From the IMG/VR virus record IMGVR_UViG_2513237200_000009: DNA of 39,262 nt; one strand, given 5' to 3'. Origin of the DNA: a virus (taxonomy: Duplodnaviria; Heunggongvirae; Uroviricota; Caudoviricetes). Under the pieces are notes generated by a model. It did not search any database. It had not been told where the DNA came from and saw only the letters and a program-made list of their open reading frames with translations. Of this stretch, positions 22,025 to 30,334 are shown piece by piece (position 1 is the stretch's first letter; the number at the start of each line of letters is the position of its first letter). Position numbers and translations under genes: made by a program.

Positions 22025-23083
22025 TTACGCTCCGGCTTCTGCTGCGGCGGCGCTGAAATCACCAATCTGGATGTTTTCCACCAGTGCGGCGCAGCGGTAG
22101 TCCTCAACCACATAGGCTTCATTAACGGATTCAAAGTTTTCAATCCGGTCACGTTTCGGGTTGTCGATAACTGAACGGCGGCGGGTGTCTTCCTGCCAGT
22201 AGATGGACAAGTTATCCAGACGGGTGATCAGCAGTGCATTCGGCGGGAAGAACGGCGCACGCACGGCCTGCAGGCCACCCATGCGTTTCTGACTGATGAT
22301 CATATCGGCAGCGAGTTTTTCACTGTTTTCCTGCTCTTTGTTGACCAGTGGGAAATACTTGTCAGACAACAGTTCACGACCGCAAATCACCACCAGATCG
22401 TCATCGTCCTGGTAGACCACGTCGATAAGCTCATTGACGGCATCCATCACCACGGCGTCCAGGTTGGCATATTCGCCACCTTTACCGACTTTCACCGCGC
22501 CCGGTGTGGTTTCACCGCCTGTGGTGGTGCTGCCCATGACGTGATCCGGTGCATCCTCACGGATTTTCTGCAGCCAGCCTTTGTTCACATCCTGCAGCAG
22601 CGGGTTTTCACTACGGTTGGAGGTTTTCGCACGCTTCACGCCGTTAAAGCCGATCATGATGCGGTCCAGTGCCTGACGTTTCACGATGGCGTCACGGATA
22701 CGCACCTGGAAATCCTGAAATTTCGCCCACAGGTCCAGCTTCGCGTAGGTCAGCACCGTGTCAAAGTTGGTCTGCTCGCATTTGTATTCCACATCGACCA
22801 TCAGCGTCGGATCGACAGGTTCACGCTCTTTCGCGGTGGTATCAGTGGTTCCGGCAATGGTGCTGCCAACACCCAACCCCAGCAGCTGACCGGACTGCTC
22901 AGTCACTGGCGTGACGTTAATCAGCGTCAGGAAAGCGGCGGACTGCTGGATCTGGTCTTCCAGCGTCTGCTGTACAGACGGCTCCACGGTGAACTTGCTG
23001 GACAGTTCTTCAACTGCCACACCGTTCAGACGCGCCAGCTGCTGCAGGTAAGCGTTAAAAGCAAAGCGGGTATTCTTCTTCAT
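22025..23083 (-). CDS. N: major capsid protein gpN
   Basis: 352 aa, P2 N size. Confidence 0.85.
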   Translation of the reverse strand: MKKNTRFAFNAYLQQLARLNGVAVEELSSKFTVEPSVQQTLEDQIQQSAAFLTLINVTPVTEQSGQLLGLGVGSTIAGTTDTTAKEREPVDPTLMVDVEYKCEQTNFDTVLTYAKLDLWAKFQDFQVRIRDAIVKRQALDRIMIGFNGVKRAKTSNRSENPLLQDVNKGWLQKIREDAPDHVMGSTTTGGETTPGAVKVGKGGEYANLDAVVMDAVNELIDVVYQDDDDLVVICGRELLSDKYFPLVNKEQENSEKLAADMIISQKRMGGLQAVRAPFFPPNALLITRLDNLSIYWQEDTRRRSVIDNPKRDRIENFESVNEAYVVEDYRCAALVENIQIGDFSAAAAEAGA

Positions 23084-23099
23084 CGGGTTTTGTGCTCCA

Positions 23100-23933
23100 T
23101 CAGCAATTGGTCAGAGTGTCAGCGGGGGCGTTACCGCCTGTTGCACGCTGGCGGTAGTCCTGGCGGCTGTCTTCATGACTCAGCTTGTCCACCAGTTCGT
23201 TAAAGGCGGTTTGCTGTGCCTGCAGGGCAGTCTCCAGCTCAGACAGGCGTTCTTCCTGCTCAGACAGGGATTTTTCGGTGCGTGCGCTCAGGTTTTGCTG
23301 CTCAGTGGCGACCAGCTCCACGGCCTTATGCACATCAGAGAACCGGGCGTCATCGGACTGCTCTTTTTTGGTAAACAGCGCCGTGACGCGGGCAAACAGG
23401 GACGGTTTGTCGTCCTGGATTTCTTCCAGTTCGATCACCGTTTCCTCTGCAGCGGTAAAGAGATTGGCAGGATTCTGCTTGCGGTTTGCCAGCGGGTTAT
23501 GGGCTGCACTGGCGCTGAATGTCAGCATTTCCGTACCCAGACTGGCAGGGTCATCAGTGGCAGCCAGGCCGACCAGGTAGGCTTTGCCCGTATCAGCGAA
23601 CTTCGGGCTGACTTCCATAGAGGTGAATAATTTCTGGCCTTTTTTCACCAGTTCCACCAAGGACTCCGTTGGCTCAACGTCGGCATACAGCGCCATCTTG
23701 CCTGCCAGCGGACCTTCCGTGATTTCTTCAGCAAACAGCGCCGTCACCTTGCCGTAGCGGTTAAAGGTGCTGTCCGGCAGATAAGACTTGATGTGCTCAA
23801 GGTTAATCAGCGCGGTATACACCGCCGGGTTGTAGCTGGCTGCCATCTGTTCCAGCCATTCACGCTGGATTTCGCGTCCGTCGGTGGTGGCACCTTCCAC
23901 CCCGATGCGAAAACGCTTTGCTTTCACTGTCAT
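23100..23933 (-). CDS. O: capsid scaffolding protein gpO
   Basis: 277 aa with acidic coiled-coil C-terminal half. Confidence 0.8.
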   Translation of the reverse strand: MTVKAKRFRIGVEGATTDGREIQREWLEQMAASYNPAVYTALINLEHIKSYLPDSTFNRYGKVTALFAEEITEGPLAGKMALYADVEPTESLVELVKKGQKLFTSMEVSPKFADTGKAYLVGLAATDDPASLGTEMLTFSASAAHNPLANRKQNPANLFTAAEETVIELEEIQDDKPSLFARVTALFTKKEQSDDARFSDVHKAVELVATEQQNLSARTEKSLSEQEERLSELETALQAQQTAFNELVDKLSHEDSRQDYRQRATGGNAPADTLTNC

Positions 23934-24011
23934 GAGCCGTGCTCCGTTAGAAAAAACTTACTGGAGCCTTATGGTTGCGGTGATGGGGGCAGTGAAACAA
24001 TGCGCGGTATT

Positions 24012-24029
24012 TGTACCGACAACCACACA
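24012..24029. promoter_or_regulatory. TGT-N12-ACA dyad in the divergent O/P late promoter region
   Basis: TGTaccgacaaccacACA, same TGTACCG...CACACA flavour as the FI site; about 87 bp from the O start and 55 bp from the P start. Confidence 0.4.
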
Positions 24030-24075
24030 AACCGCAGGCGGGGAAAGCCTTCATTCAAGGCTGTAGGTTTGTGCC

Positions 24076-25842
24076 ATGAACACCACACTGACACCCGCAG
24101 ATCTCGATCCCCGTCGGCAGGCCATGCTGCTGTACTTTCAGGGATACCGCGTAGCCCGCATTGCTGAAATGCTGGGCGAGAAAGTTGCAACCGTTCACAG
24201 CTGGAAAAAACGCGACAAGTGGGGTGACTATGGGCCGCTGGATCAGATGCAGCTCACCACCGCCGCACGCTACTGCCAGCTCATTATGAAGGAGCACAAA
24301 GAAGGGAAAGATTTCAAAGAGATTGACCTGCTGGCGCGCCAGTCGGAGCGCCATGCGCGGATCGGCAAGTTTAACAATGGCGGCAACGAAGCCGACTTAA
24401 ACCCTAACGTCGCCAACCGCAACAAAGGCCCGCGCCGTCAGCCGGAAAAGAACGTTTTCACCGATGAACAGATTGAGAAGCTGGAAGAAATCTTCCATTC
24501 CTCCATGTTCAACTACCAGCGCCACTGGTGGGAAGCCGGAAAAACCAACCGCATCCGCAACCTGCTGAAGTCACGCCAGATCGGCGCGACCTTCTATTTT
24601 GCCCGTGAAGCCCTGATTGACGCCCTGCTAACCGGGCGTAACCAGATTTTCCTTTCCGCCAGCAAGGCACAGGCCCACGTCTTTAAGCAGTACATCATCG
24701 ACTTCGCCAAAGAAGTGGAGGTGGAGCTGAAAGGCGATCCGATGGTGCTTCCTAACGGGGCCACGCTGTACTTCCTCGGCACCAATGCCCGCACGGCCCA
24801 GAGTTACCACGGCAACCTGTATCTGGATGAATATTTCTGGATACCGAAATTCCAGGAGCTGCGCAAAGTGGCTTCCGGTATGGCTATTCACAAGAAATGG
24901 CGACAGACCTATTTTTCCACGCCATCCAGTCTGACACACAGTGCTTATCCGTTCTGGTCCGGTGCGCTGTTCAACCGTGGGCGCAACAGAGCCGATAAGG
25001 TGGACATCGACCTGTCCCACAGCAATCTGGCCCCCGGCCTGCTGTGCGCAGACGGGCAATACCGCCAGATAGTCACCGTGGAAGATGCGGTGCGCGGCGG
25101 CTGTAACCTGTTCGACCTTGACCAGTTGCGCATGGAGTACAGCCCTGACGAATACCAGAACTTGCTGATGTGCGAGTTCGTGGACGATCTCGCGTCCGTG
25201 TTCCCGCTCAGCGAATTGCAGGCGTGCATGGTGGACAGCTGGGAAGTCTGGACCGACTTTCATGCACTGGCCCTGCGCCCGTTTGGCTGGCGCGAAGTGT
25301 GGATCGGTTATGACCCGGCAAAAGGTACGCAGAACGGCGACAGCGCCGGATGCGTGGTGGTGGCACCGCCAGCCGTGCCAGGCGGTAAGTTCCGCATTCT
25401 TGAGCGTCACCAGTGGCGCGGAATGGACTTTCGCGCCCAGGCTGACGCCATCAAAAAACTGACCGAACAGTACAACGTGACCTATATCGGCATCGACTCA
25501 ACCGGCGTTGGTCACGGGGTTTACGAGAACGTGAAAGCGTTTTTTCCTGCCGTCCGGGAGTTTGTCTACAACCCCAACGTTAAAAACGCCCTGGTACTCA
25601 AGGCCTACGACATTATCAGCCACCGCCGTCTTGAGTTTGACGCCGGGCACACCGACATTGCGCAGTCATTCATGGCAATCCGTCGCGCCACCACCGCCAG
25701 CGGCAACCGCCCGACCTATGAAGCCAGCCGCAGCGAAGAAGCCAGCCATGCCGATCTGGCCTGGGCAACAATGCACGCACTGTTTAACGAACCACTGCAG
25801 GGCGAGTCCGCCAATACCAGCAATATTGTGGAGATTTTTTGA
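24076..25842 (+). CDS. P: terminase large (ATPase) subunit gpP
   Basis: 588 aa, P2 P size; divergent from O. Confidence 0.9.
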   Translation: MNTTLTPADLDPRRQAMLLYFQGYRVARIAEMLGEKVATVHSWKKRDKWGDYGPLDQMQLTTAARYCQLIMKEHKEGKDFKEIDLLARQSERHARIGKFNNGGNEADLNPNVANRNKGPRRQPEKNVFTDEQIEKLEEIFHSSMFNYQRHWWEAGKTNRIRNLLKSRQIGATFYFAREALIDALLTGRNQIFLSASKAQAHVFKQYIIDFAKEVEVELKGDPMVLPNGATLYFLGTNARTAQSYHGNLYLDEYFWIPKFQELRKVASGMAIHKKWRQTYFSTPSSLTHSAYPFWSGALFNRGRNRADKVDIDLSHSNLAPGLLCADGQYRQIVTVEDAVRGGCNLFDLDQLRMEYSPDEYQNLLMCEFVDDLASVFPLSELQACMVDSWEVWTDFHALALRPFGWREVWIGYDPAKGTQNGDSAGCVVVAPPAVPGGKFRILERHQWRGMDFRAQADAIKKLTEQYNVTYIGIDSTGVGHGVYENVKAFFPAVREFVYNPNVKNALVLKAYDIISHRRLEFDAGHTDIAQSFMAIRRATTASGNRPTYEASRSEEASHADLAWATMHALFNEPLQGESANTSNIVEIF

Positions 25843-26867
25843 TGGGAAAGAGTAAGAAGAACCGCGCTGCGGCGACGAAACAGATCCAGCATAAAAACCA
25901 GACTTCAGCCGAAGCATTCAGCTTCGGTGATCCCGTTCCTGTTCTGGACCGCCGCGAACTGCTGGACTATGTGGAATGCGTACAGATGGACCGTTGGTAT
26001 GAGCCACCAGTGAGTTTCGACGGCCTGGCGCGAACCTTCCGCGCCGCCGTACACCACAGCTCACCGATTGCAGTAAAGTGCAACATTCTGACCAGCACCT
26101 ATATCCCTCACCCGTTGCTCAGCCAGCAGGCTTTTTCACGTTTTGTGCAGGACTATCTGGTATTTGGTAATGCCTACCTGGAGAAACGCACGAACCGCTT
26201 CGGTGAAGTTATCGCCCTTGAACCTGCCCTGGCAAAATATACCCGACGCGGATTAGACCTGGATACCTACTGGTTTGTGCAATACGGTATGGCAACCCAG
26301 CCGTATCAGTTCACGAAAGGCAGCATCTTTCATCTGATGGAACCGGATATTAATCAGGAGATCTACGGCCTGCCTGGCTATCTTTCTGCTATTCCATCCG
26401 CTCTGCTCAACGAGTCCGCCACGCTGTTCCGCCGGAAGTATTACATTAACGGCAGTCATGCAGGCTTCATCATGTACATGACCGATGCCGCGCAAAACCA
26501 GGAGGATGTGAACAACCTCCGCAACGCAATGAAAAGCGCCAAAGGACCGGGTAACTTCCGCAACCTGTTTATGTACTCGCCTAACGGCAAAAAGGATGGG
26601 CTTCAGATCATTCCTCTGTCAGAAGTCGCGGCGAAGGATGAGTTTCTGAATATCAAGAACGTGAGCCGGGACGACATGATGGCGGCGCACCGCGTACCGC
26701 CGCAAATGATGGGGATTATGCCTAGCAATGTCGGGGGGTTTGGGGATGTAGAGAAAGCTAGTAAGGTATTTGTGCGGAATGAGCTTTTACCTTTGCAAAA
26801 ATTGATGCAAGCGCTTAATTGTTGGCTGGATGAAAATATAATTACATTTAATAAATATATTTTGTAG
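25839..26867 (+). CDS. Q: portal protein gpQ
   Basis: 342 aa, overlaps P stop, P2 Q size. Confidence 0.9.
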   Translation: MMGKSKKNRAAATKQIQHKNQTSAEAFSFGDPVPVLDRRELLDYVECVQMDRWYEPPVSFDGLARTFRAAVHHSSPIAVKCNILTSTYIPHPLLSQQAFSRFVQDYLVFGNAYLEKRTNRFGEVIALEPALAKYTRRGLDLDTYWFVQYGMATQPYQFTKGSIFHLMEPDINQEIYGLPGYLSAIPSALLNESATLFRRKYYINGSHAGFIMYMTDAAQNQEDVNNLRNAMKSAKGPGNFRNLFMYSPNGKKDGLQIIPLSEVAAKDEFLNIKNVSRDDMMAAHRVPPQMMGIMPSNVGGFGDVEKASKVFVRNELLPLQKLMQALNCWLDENIITFNKYIL

Positions 26868-26882
26868 TTCCTGTTTATAATT

Positions 26883-26912
26883 AACGCCTGCCTGAGCAGG
26901 CGTTCTTTCATT
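26883..26912. terminator. hairpin terminator between convergent Q and the DUF262 gene
   Basis: aacgcctgc ctga gcaggcgtt followed by ctttcattt. Confidence 0.55.
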
Positions 26913-28689
26913 TAAAACGTGTTGCAATATCTGCTGCTTCGATAACTGTTGCTTTTACGGTATTATCGCCAGCACGATAATAAATATCCCCATCATAACT
27001 AGAATAAGATGCTAGAAGTGGAATTGTAATAACTATAACTCCATAACCATAAAAGTCATTATAGTCAATCAAACTCACCACTTGTGATTTAAGAGGCTCA
27101 CTCAAAGCAGATTTTTTCAACTCATCGCAAAAACGTCTATAATATTCTTCCATTGATATGCCGAGTTTAATAGCTTCTCTTTTAACACCAACAACACTTC
27201 TCTCACCAACTACATGTGCATCTATATCATCAAGCTCTTTTACTCTACTTGTATCACTTGGTTTATCTGTTACACCAAGCAATAACTTACCAACTACACC
27301 GTTCTTGTTACCTTTACCGATGTTAGCAATAGCACAAATTGTGGAGAATATTTTCTCATGAATGCCATCATCAATAGTTCGCTCTCCGCCTAACATCAAC
27401 AAACCCTGTTTCAGTTCATAATTTGCAAGCTCTATTTCAGATCTTCGTAAAATATCCTCAATATCCACCGTATTGTGAGAATTATAGATATGACTGCTAT
27501 CGGCGCTATCAATAAAGTTATCTTTAATCAAGCCTATGATAGAATTAATATTCTTTCTTCTCTCTTCCCCACCAGTAGCAGATCTTTTAGTATCTAGTCG
27601 AGTGACTATATTATTAAGATTGTCTTTTACACCTTTATAATTATTAATCTTCTTATTTTCTTTAATGAGTAATTCATGAAAAGCAATAAATAACACAGCA
27701 AATATGGCTGGGAAAGCATTTGTAGTACGTTTAGTAAAGATTAAATCCCTGAGTTTAATTTCACCGTCACTATTACATACTTTTGTTATTTCCTGGATGC
27801 AGAATTTAAACTCTTCTGCAAATTTTCCTTCACCATAAACATTAATAGCAGAGCTAATACGACTATACTCTTCATCTTCATTATTATAAATCTGATCAAG
27901 CGCATCTTTGGAACGATCTATTAACTTACCTCCAACAATACAAGCTGCTATATCTGCAATGCATTGCTCATCCATACTGTCACGAAGGTCTGTTGAACGT
28001 AAGATCCCATGTTTTACCCAAAATACTTCTTCCGACTGAATTTGGTAACCATGTTTAGTTAGTGGCAAATCAATGCTAATAGACGGCATTTGCTCTAAAA
28101 GCAATATGTCGTCAGATACATCCCCCCTGATAGAACAGGCAATATCCCTAACCATATTTGAAAATTTATTTTGTATACCAGCCTGGCGCCTTTCTTGATC
28201 ACTAAGTCTATGCCCGTATGTATTAATTCTATCAAAAACATCATTTATTTCGTTCTCAGTCGCATTACGCATAATGGACATTGCAAGAGAATAATCCAAT
28301 AACTGAGTAACCTCACGCTGACTTAAAAGATTATCAGCTTTCACTGCAACAAACTTACCTTCATCCGCTCGATTTTTCGCTGTGGGAAAAGCGTCCAGAT
28401 TAAAACGTTTTCCATCAAGTGATTCATATCCTGTTTCGATGAAAGACATTATTGCATGTAATCTTTGTAGGCCATCAATTATTTCATATGTGCCAGGATC
28501 ATTTTCCCTTTCCGCGAGAAGAACTGCAGGAATTGGATATTTTTTTTGAATGGATTCAATTAATTTTTGTTTCTCTATTGCAGTCCAAACTAATTTTCGT
28601 TGATAACGTCTATTAACAAATATCTTACCTTCAGTAAACCATGAATAAATAGTTTGTATAGAAGTTGTTTGCGGTAATAGTTCAGCCAT
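26908..28689 (-). CDS. DUF262 (ParB-like nuclease / GmrSD N-terminal domain) protein, candidate defence gene
   Basis: 593 aa, AT-rich; N-terminal ...FVNRRYQRKLVWT...YEIIDGLQRLHAI... (DGxQR motif); C-terminal region unassigned. Confidence 0.75.
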   Translation of the reverse strand: MAELLPQTTSIQTIYSWFTEGKIFVNRRYQRKLVWTAIEKQKLIESIQKKYPIPAVLLAERENDPGTYEIIDGLQRLHAIMSFIETGYESLDGKRFNLDAFPTAKNRADEGKFVAVKADNLLSQREVTQLLDYSLAMSIMRNATENEINDVFDRINTYGHRLSDQERRQAGIQNKFSNMVRDIACSIRGDVSDDILLLEQMPSISIDLPLTKHGYQIQSEEVFWVKHGILRSTDLRDSMDEQCIADIAACIVGGKLIDRSKDALDQIYNNEDEEYSRISSAINVYGEGKFAEEFKFCIQEITKVCNSDGEIKLRDLIFTKRTTNAFPAIFAVLFIAFHELLIKENKKINNYKGVKDNLNNIVTRLDTKRSATGGEERRKNINSIIGLIKDNFIDSADSSHIYNSHNTVDIEDILRRSEIELANYELKQGLLMLGGERTIDDGIHEKIFSTICAIANIGKGNKNGVVGKLLLGVTDKPSDTSRVKELDDIDAHVVGERSVVGVKREAIKLGISMEEYYRRFCDELKKSALSEPLKSQVVSLIDYNDFYGYGVIVITIPLLASYSSYDGDIYYRAGDNTVKATVIEAADIATRFK

Positions 28690-28823
28690 GAAACAAATTC
28701 CTTCTTCTGGATAGAATTTTATAATATAGAAACTGAAAAGGTTAAGTTACCATCAAAAATGATGATAGCAACAAAAAGATACCATTTTGTAATTTTTTGT
28801 TCAGATTTTCATATCAGAGCGCG

Positions 28824-28842
28824 CTCGTATCCCCGCCACGCC
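28824..28842 (-). promoter_or_regulatory. candidate cos cohesive-end sequence
   Basis: minus strand GGCGTGGCGGGGATACGAG resembles the remembered 186/P2 cos 5' ends (GGCGTGGCGGGGAAAGCAT / GGCGAGGCGGGGAAAGCAC) over the first 13 nt. Confidence 0.3.
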
Positions 28843-29221
28843 TGCCCGCTTTATGCAGTGGTTTTCATGCACATGCATGACATGAGCAAAAGCCCGCCAG
28901 TTCTGGCGGATCTGAGCAAAGACGATCCTCAATCGATCATGCGATTTCATGCAGCATAGTCATGCACTGTCAAGGAAGTGAAAATCCGTATCTGAATGGC
29001 CACTTGAAAAACGGATCATACGGGTTTACAAAGATGAATGTTCGCTGTGAACGGGAAGCGGAAGTTAACTTTCAGATAACATAATCCATATGCACGAGAA
29101 CCTCTAAAATAGAATGGGACACCTAAGTGGGGTACTTACAACGATTCTTTCCATATTCACAGTTAACACTCTGTTTGGCGTATTTTTATTCAAATAGCAA
29201 ACACCAATAAAAGGAGTTTCC

Positions 29222-29557
29222 ATGAACAATATTCCCCCTATACCACAGTTAGGAATTTATGTCTCAAAAATCGATCCCACCCTACGTATCACTGTAACCG
29301 ATGTTGATATTGTTGATGGTGAGGATGATTCTCCTGATGATGAATTGTTTTATTTAGTCCACTGGATCGAGGGGGAAGATGAAAGTGATATGACAGCAAT
29401 GGGATTTGAGCTAGACCCAGTAGAGTGGCAGGCTTTCGTTGAATCTGAGCAATTAGTGTTTGAGCGTGATCCGTACATGGATTCAATCCCCGAAAATTCA
29501 AACTTGGCAAAGATTCGGGATTTTCTCATGAAGACTAAACAGAATGATCATTCGTAA
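29222..29557 (+). CDS. small highly acidic hypothetical protein
   Basis: 111 aa with strong SD AAGGAG; about 26 Asp/Glu against about 7 Lys/Arg. Confidence 0.65.
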   Translation: MNNIPPIPQLGIYVSKIDPTLRITVTDVDIVDGEDDSPDDELFYLVHWIEGEDESDMTAMGFELDPVEWQAFVESEQLVFERDPYMDSIPENSNLAKIRDFLMKTKQNDHS

Positions 29558-29749
29558 GTGTAAGCATCCATCAGGAAAATGGTTTTGTAAGTGAATCATC
29601 AACTTTTAGAGAGTCTCAGACACTCCCACTTCTGCTTCTGACACAAAGCGGACGATCACTTATCAAAATAACCGCCCACCTTACGCCTTATTTCACTCAT
29701 TGCCCAAACTAGCCCCCATCAGAATGAATCCTCCTGGGGGCAACATTTC

Positions 29750-29983
29750 TTAATGCAGCCAGCTGTCGTCCTCCCACACCTTCTGCATAATTTTCATCAC
29801 TTGTTTTCTTTCTTCATCCAGTTGCAGTCCGGTTAGTTCCACACCGTTAGAGCTACCTTTGCGAATGCGAATTACCGTTTTGGGATACAGGGGGCGCAGA
29901 TTGCGGTAAAGCTCGGATTCAAGTGCGTCCAAGGTAGACTGGCTAATCTTCTGCTCTTTATCGATCATTATTTCAATGCGCAT
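29750..29983 (-). CDS. DinI-family protein
   Basis: MRIEIMIDKEQKISQSTLDALESELYRNL...VIRIRKGSSNGVELTGL...VWEDDSWL resembles E. coli DinI; SD GAGGTG. Confidence 0.75.
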   Translation of the reverse strand: MRIEIMIDKEQKISQSTLDALESELYRNLRPLYPKTVIRIRKGSSNGVELTGLQLDEERKQVMKIMQKVWEDDSWLH

Positions 29984-29993
29984 AAAAGTCACC

Positions 29994-30182
29994 TCAGCTG
30001 ATGACATCCATTGAGCGGTTGTATTCGTGGCTTCTGATTTTTGCCATGAGTTCATCAGTCAATTCAGAAACCCACTGCAGAGCCAGCCCCTTCTCTTCAT
30101 CACTACACTCACTAGCCGCTACAAGCTTAAGAAAAAAATCAATGCGCTGGAGCTTCAAAGACTCCAAAAAATAGTCCTGCAT
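29994..30182 (-). CDS. small protein, first gene of the LexA-controlled operon (possible Tum-like antirepressor)
   Basis: 62-aa ORF starting 40 bp downstream of the LexA box; translationally coupled to the DinI-like gene. Confidence 0.5.
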   Translation of the reverse strand: MQDYFLESLKLQRIDFFLKLVAASECSDEEKGLALQWVSELTDELMAKIRSHEYNRSMDVIS

Positions 30183-30222
30183 CTTTCCTCCTATGACACC
30201 AAAACAATACTGTATACATAAC

Positions 30223-30242
30223 CACTGTTTATATTTACAGTA
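30223..30242. promoter_or_regulatory. LexA operator (SOS box)
   Basis: cACTGTttatatttACAGta fits CTGT-N8-ACAG with an AT-rich spacer; directly upstream of the minus-strand operon. Confidence 0.6.
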
Positions 30243-30334
30243 TATAATAATCTTACTGATGTAAAACGTTTTTTTACGTTCATCGGCCTGATATGCCTGG
30301 TATTATTAAGAGCACGAATTGTTAACCCGCGTAA

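Noticed and set aside
21483-23630. Plus-strand ORFs overlapping M, N and O (e.g. 21692-22174, 22541-23203, 23175-23630)
   Set aside because: Antisense to the capsid module with low-complexity composition.
24628-25410. 260-aa minus-strand ORF inside the terminase P gene
   Set aside because: Antisense to a well-supported 588-aa terminase ORF in GC-rich sequence.
28759-28959. 66-aa plus-strand ORF in the cos-like region
   Set aside because: No RBS, Cys/His/Met-rich odd composition, and it overlaps the candidate cos sequence; treated as non-coding.
30208-30225. A second CTGT half-site just upstream of the LexA box (tactgtatacataaccac)
   Set aside because: It lacks the ACAG partner at N8 spacing, so it is only a half-site.
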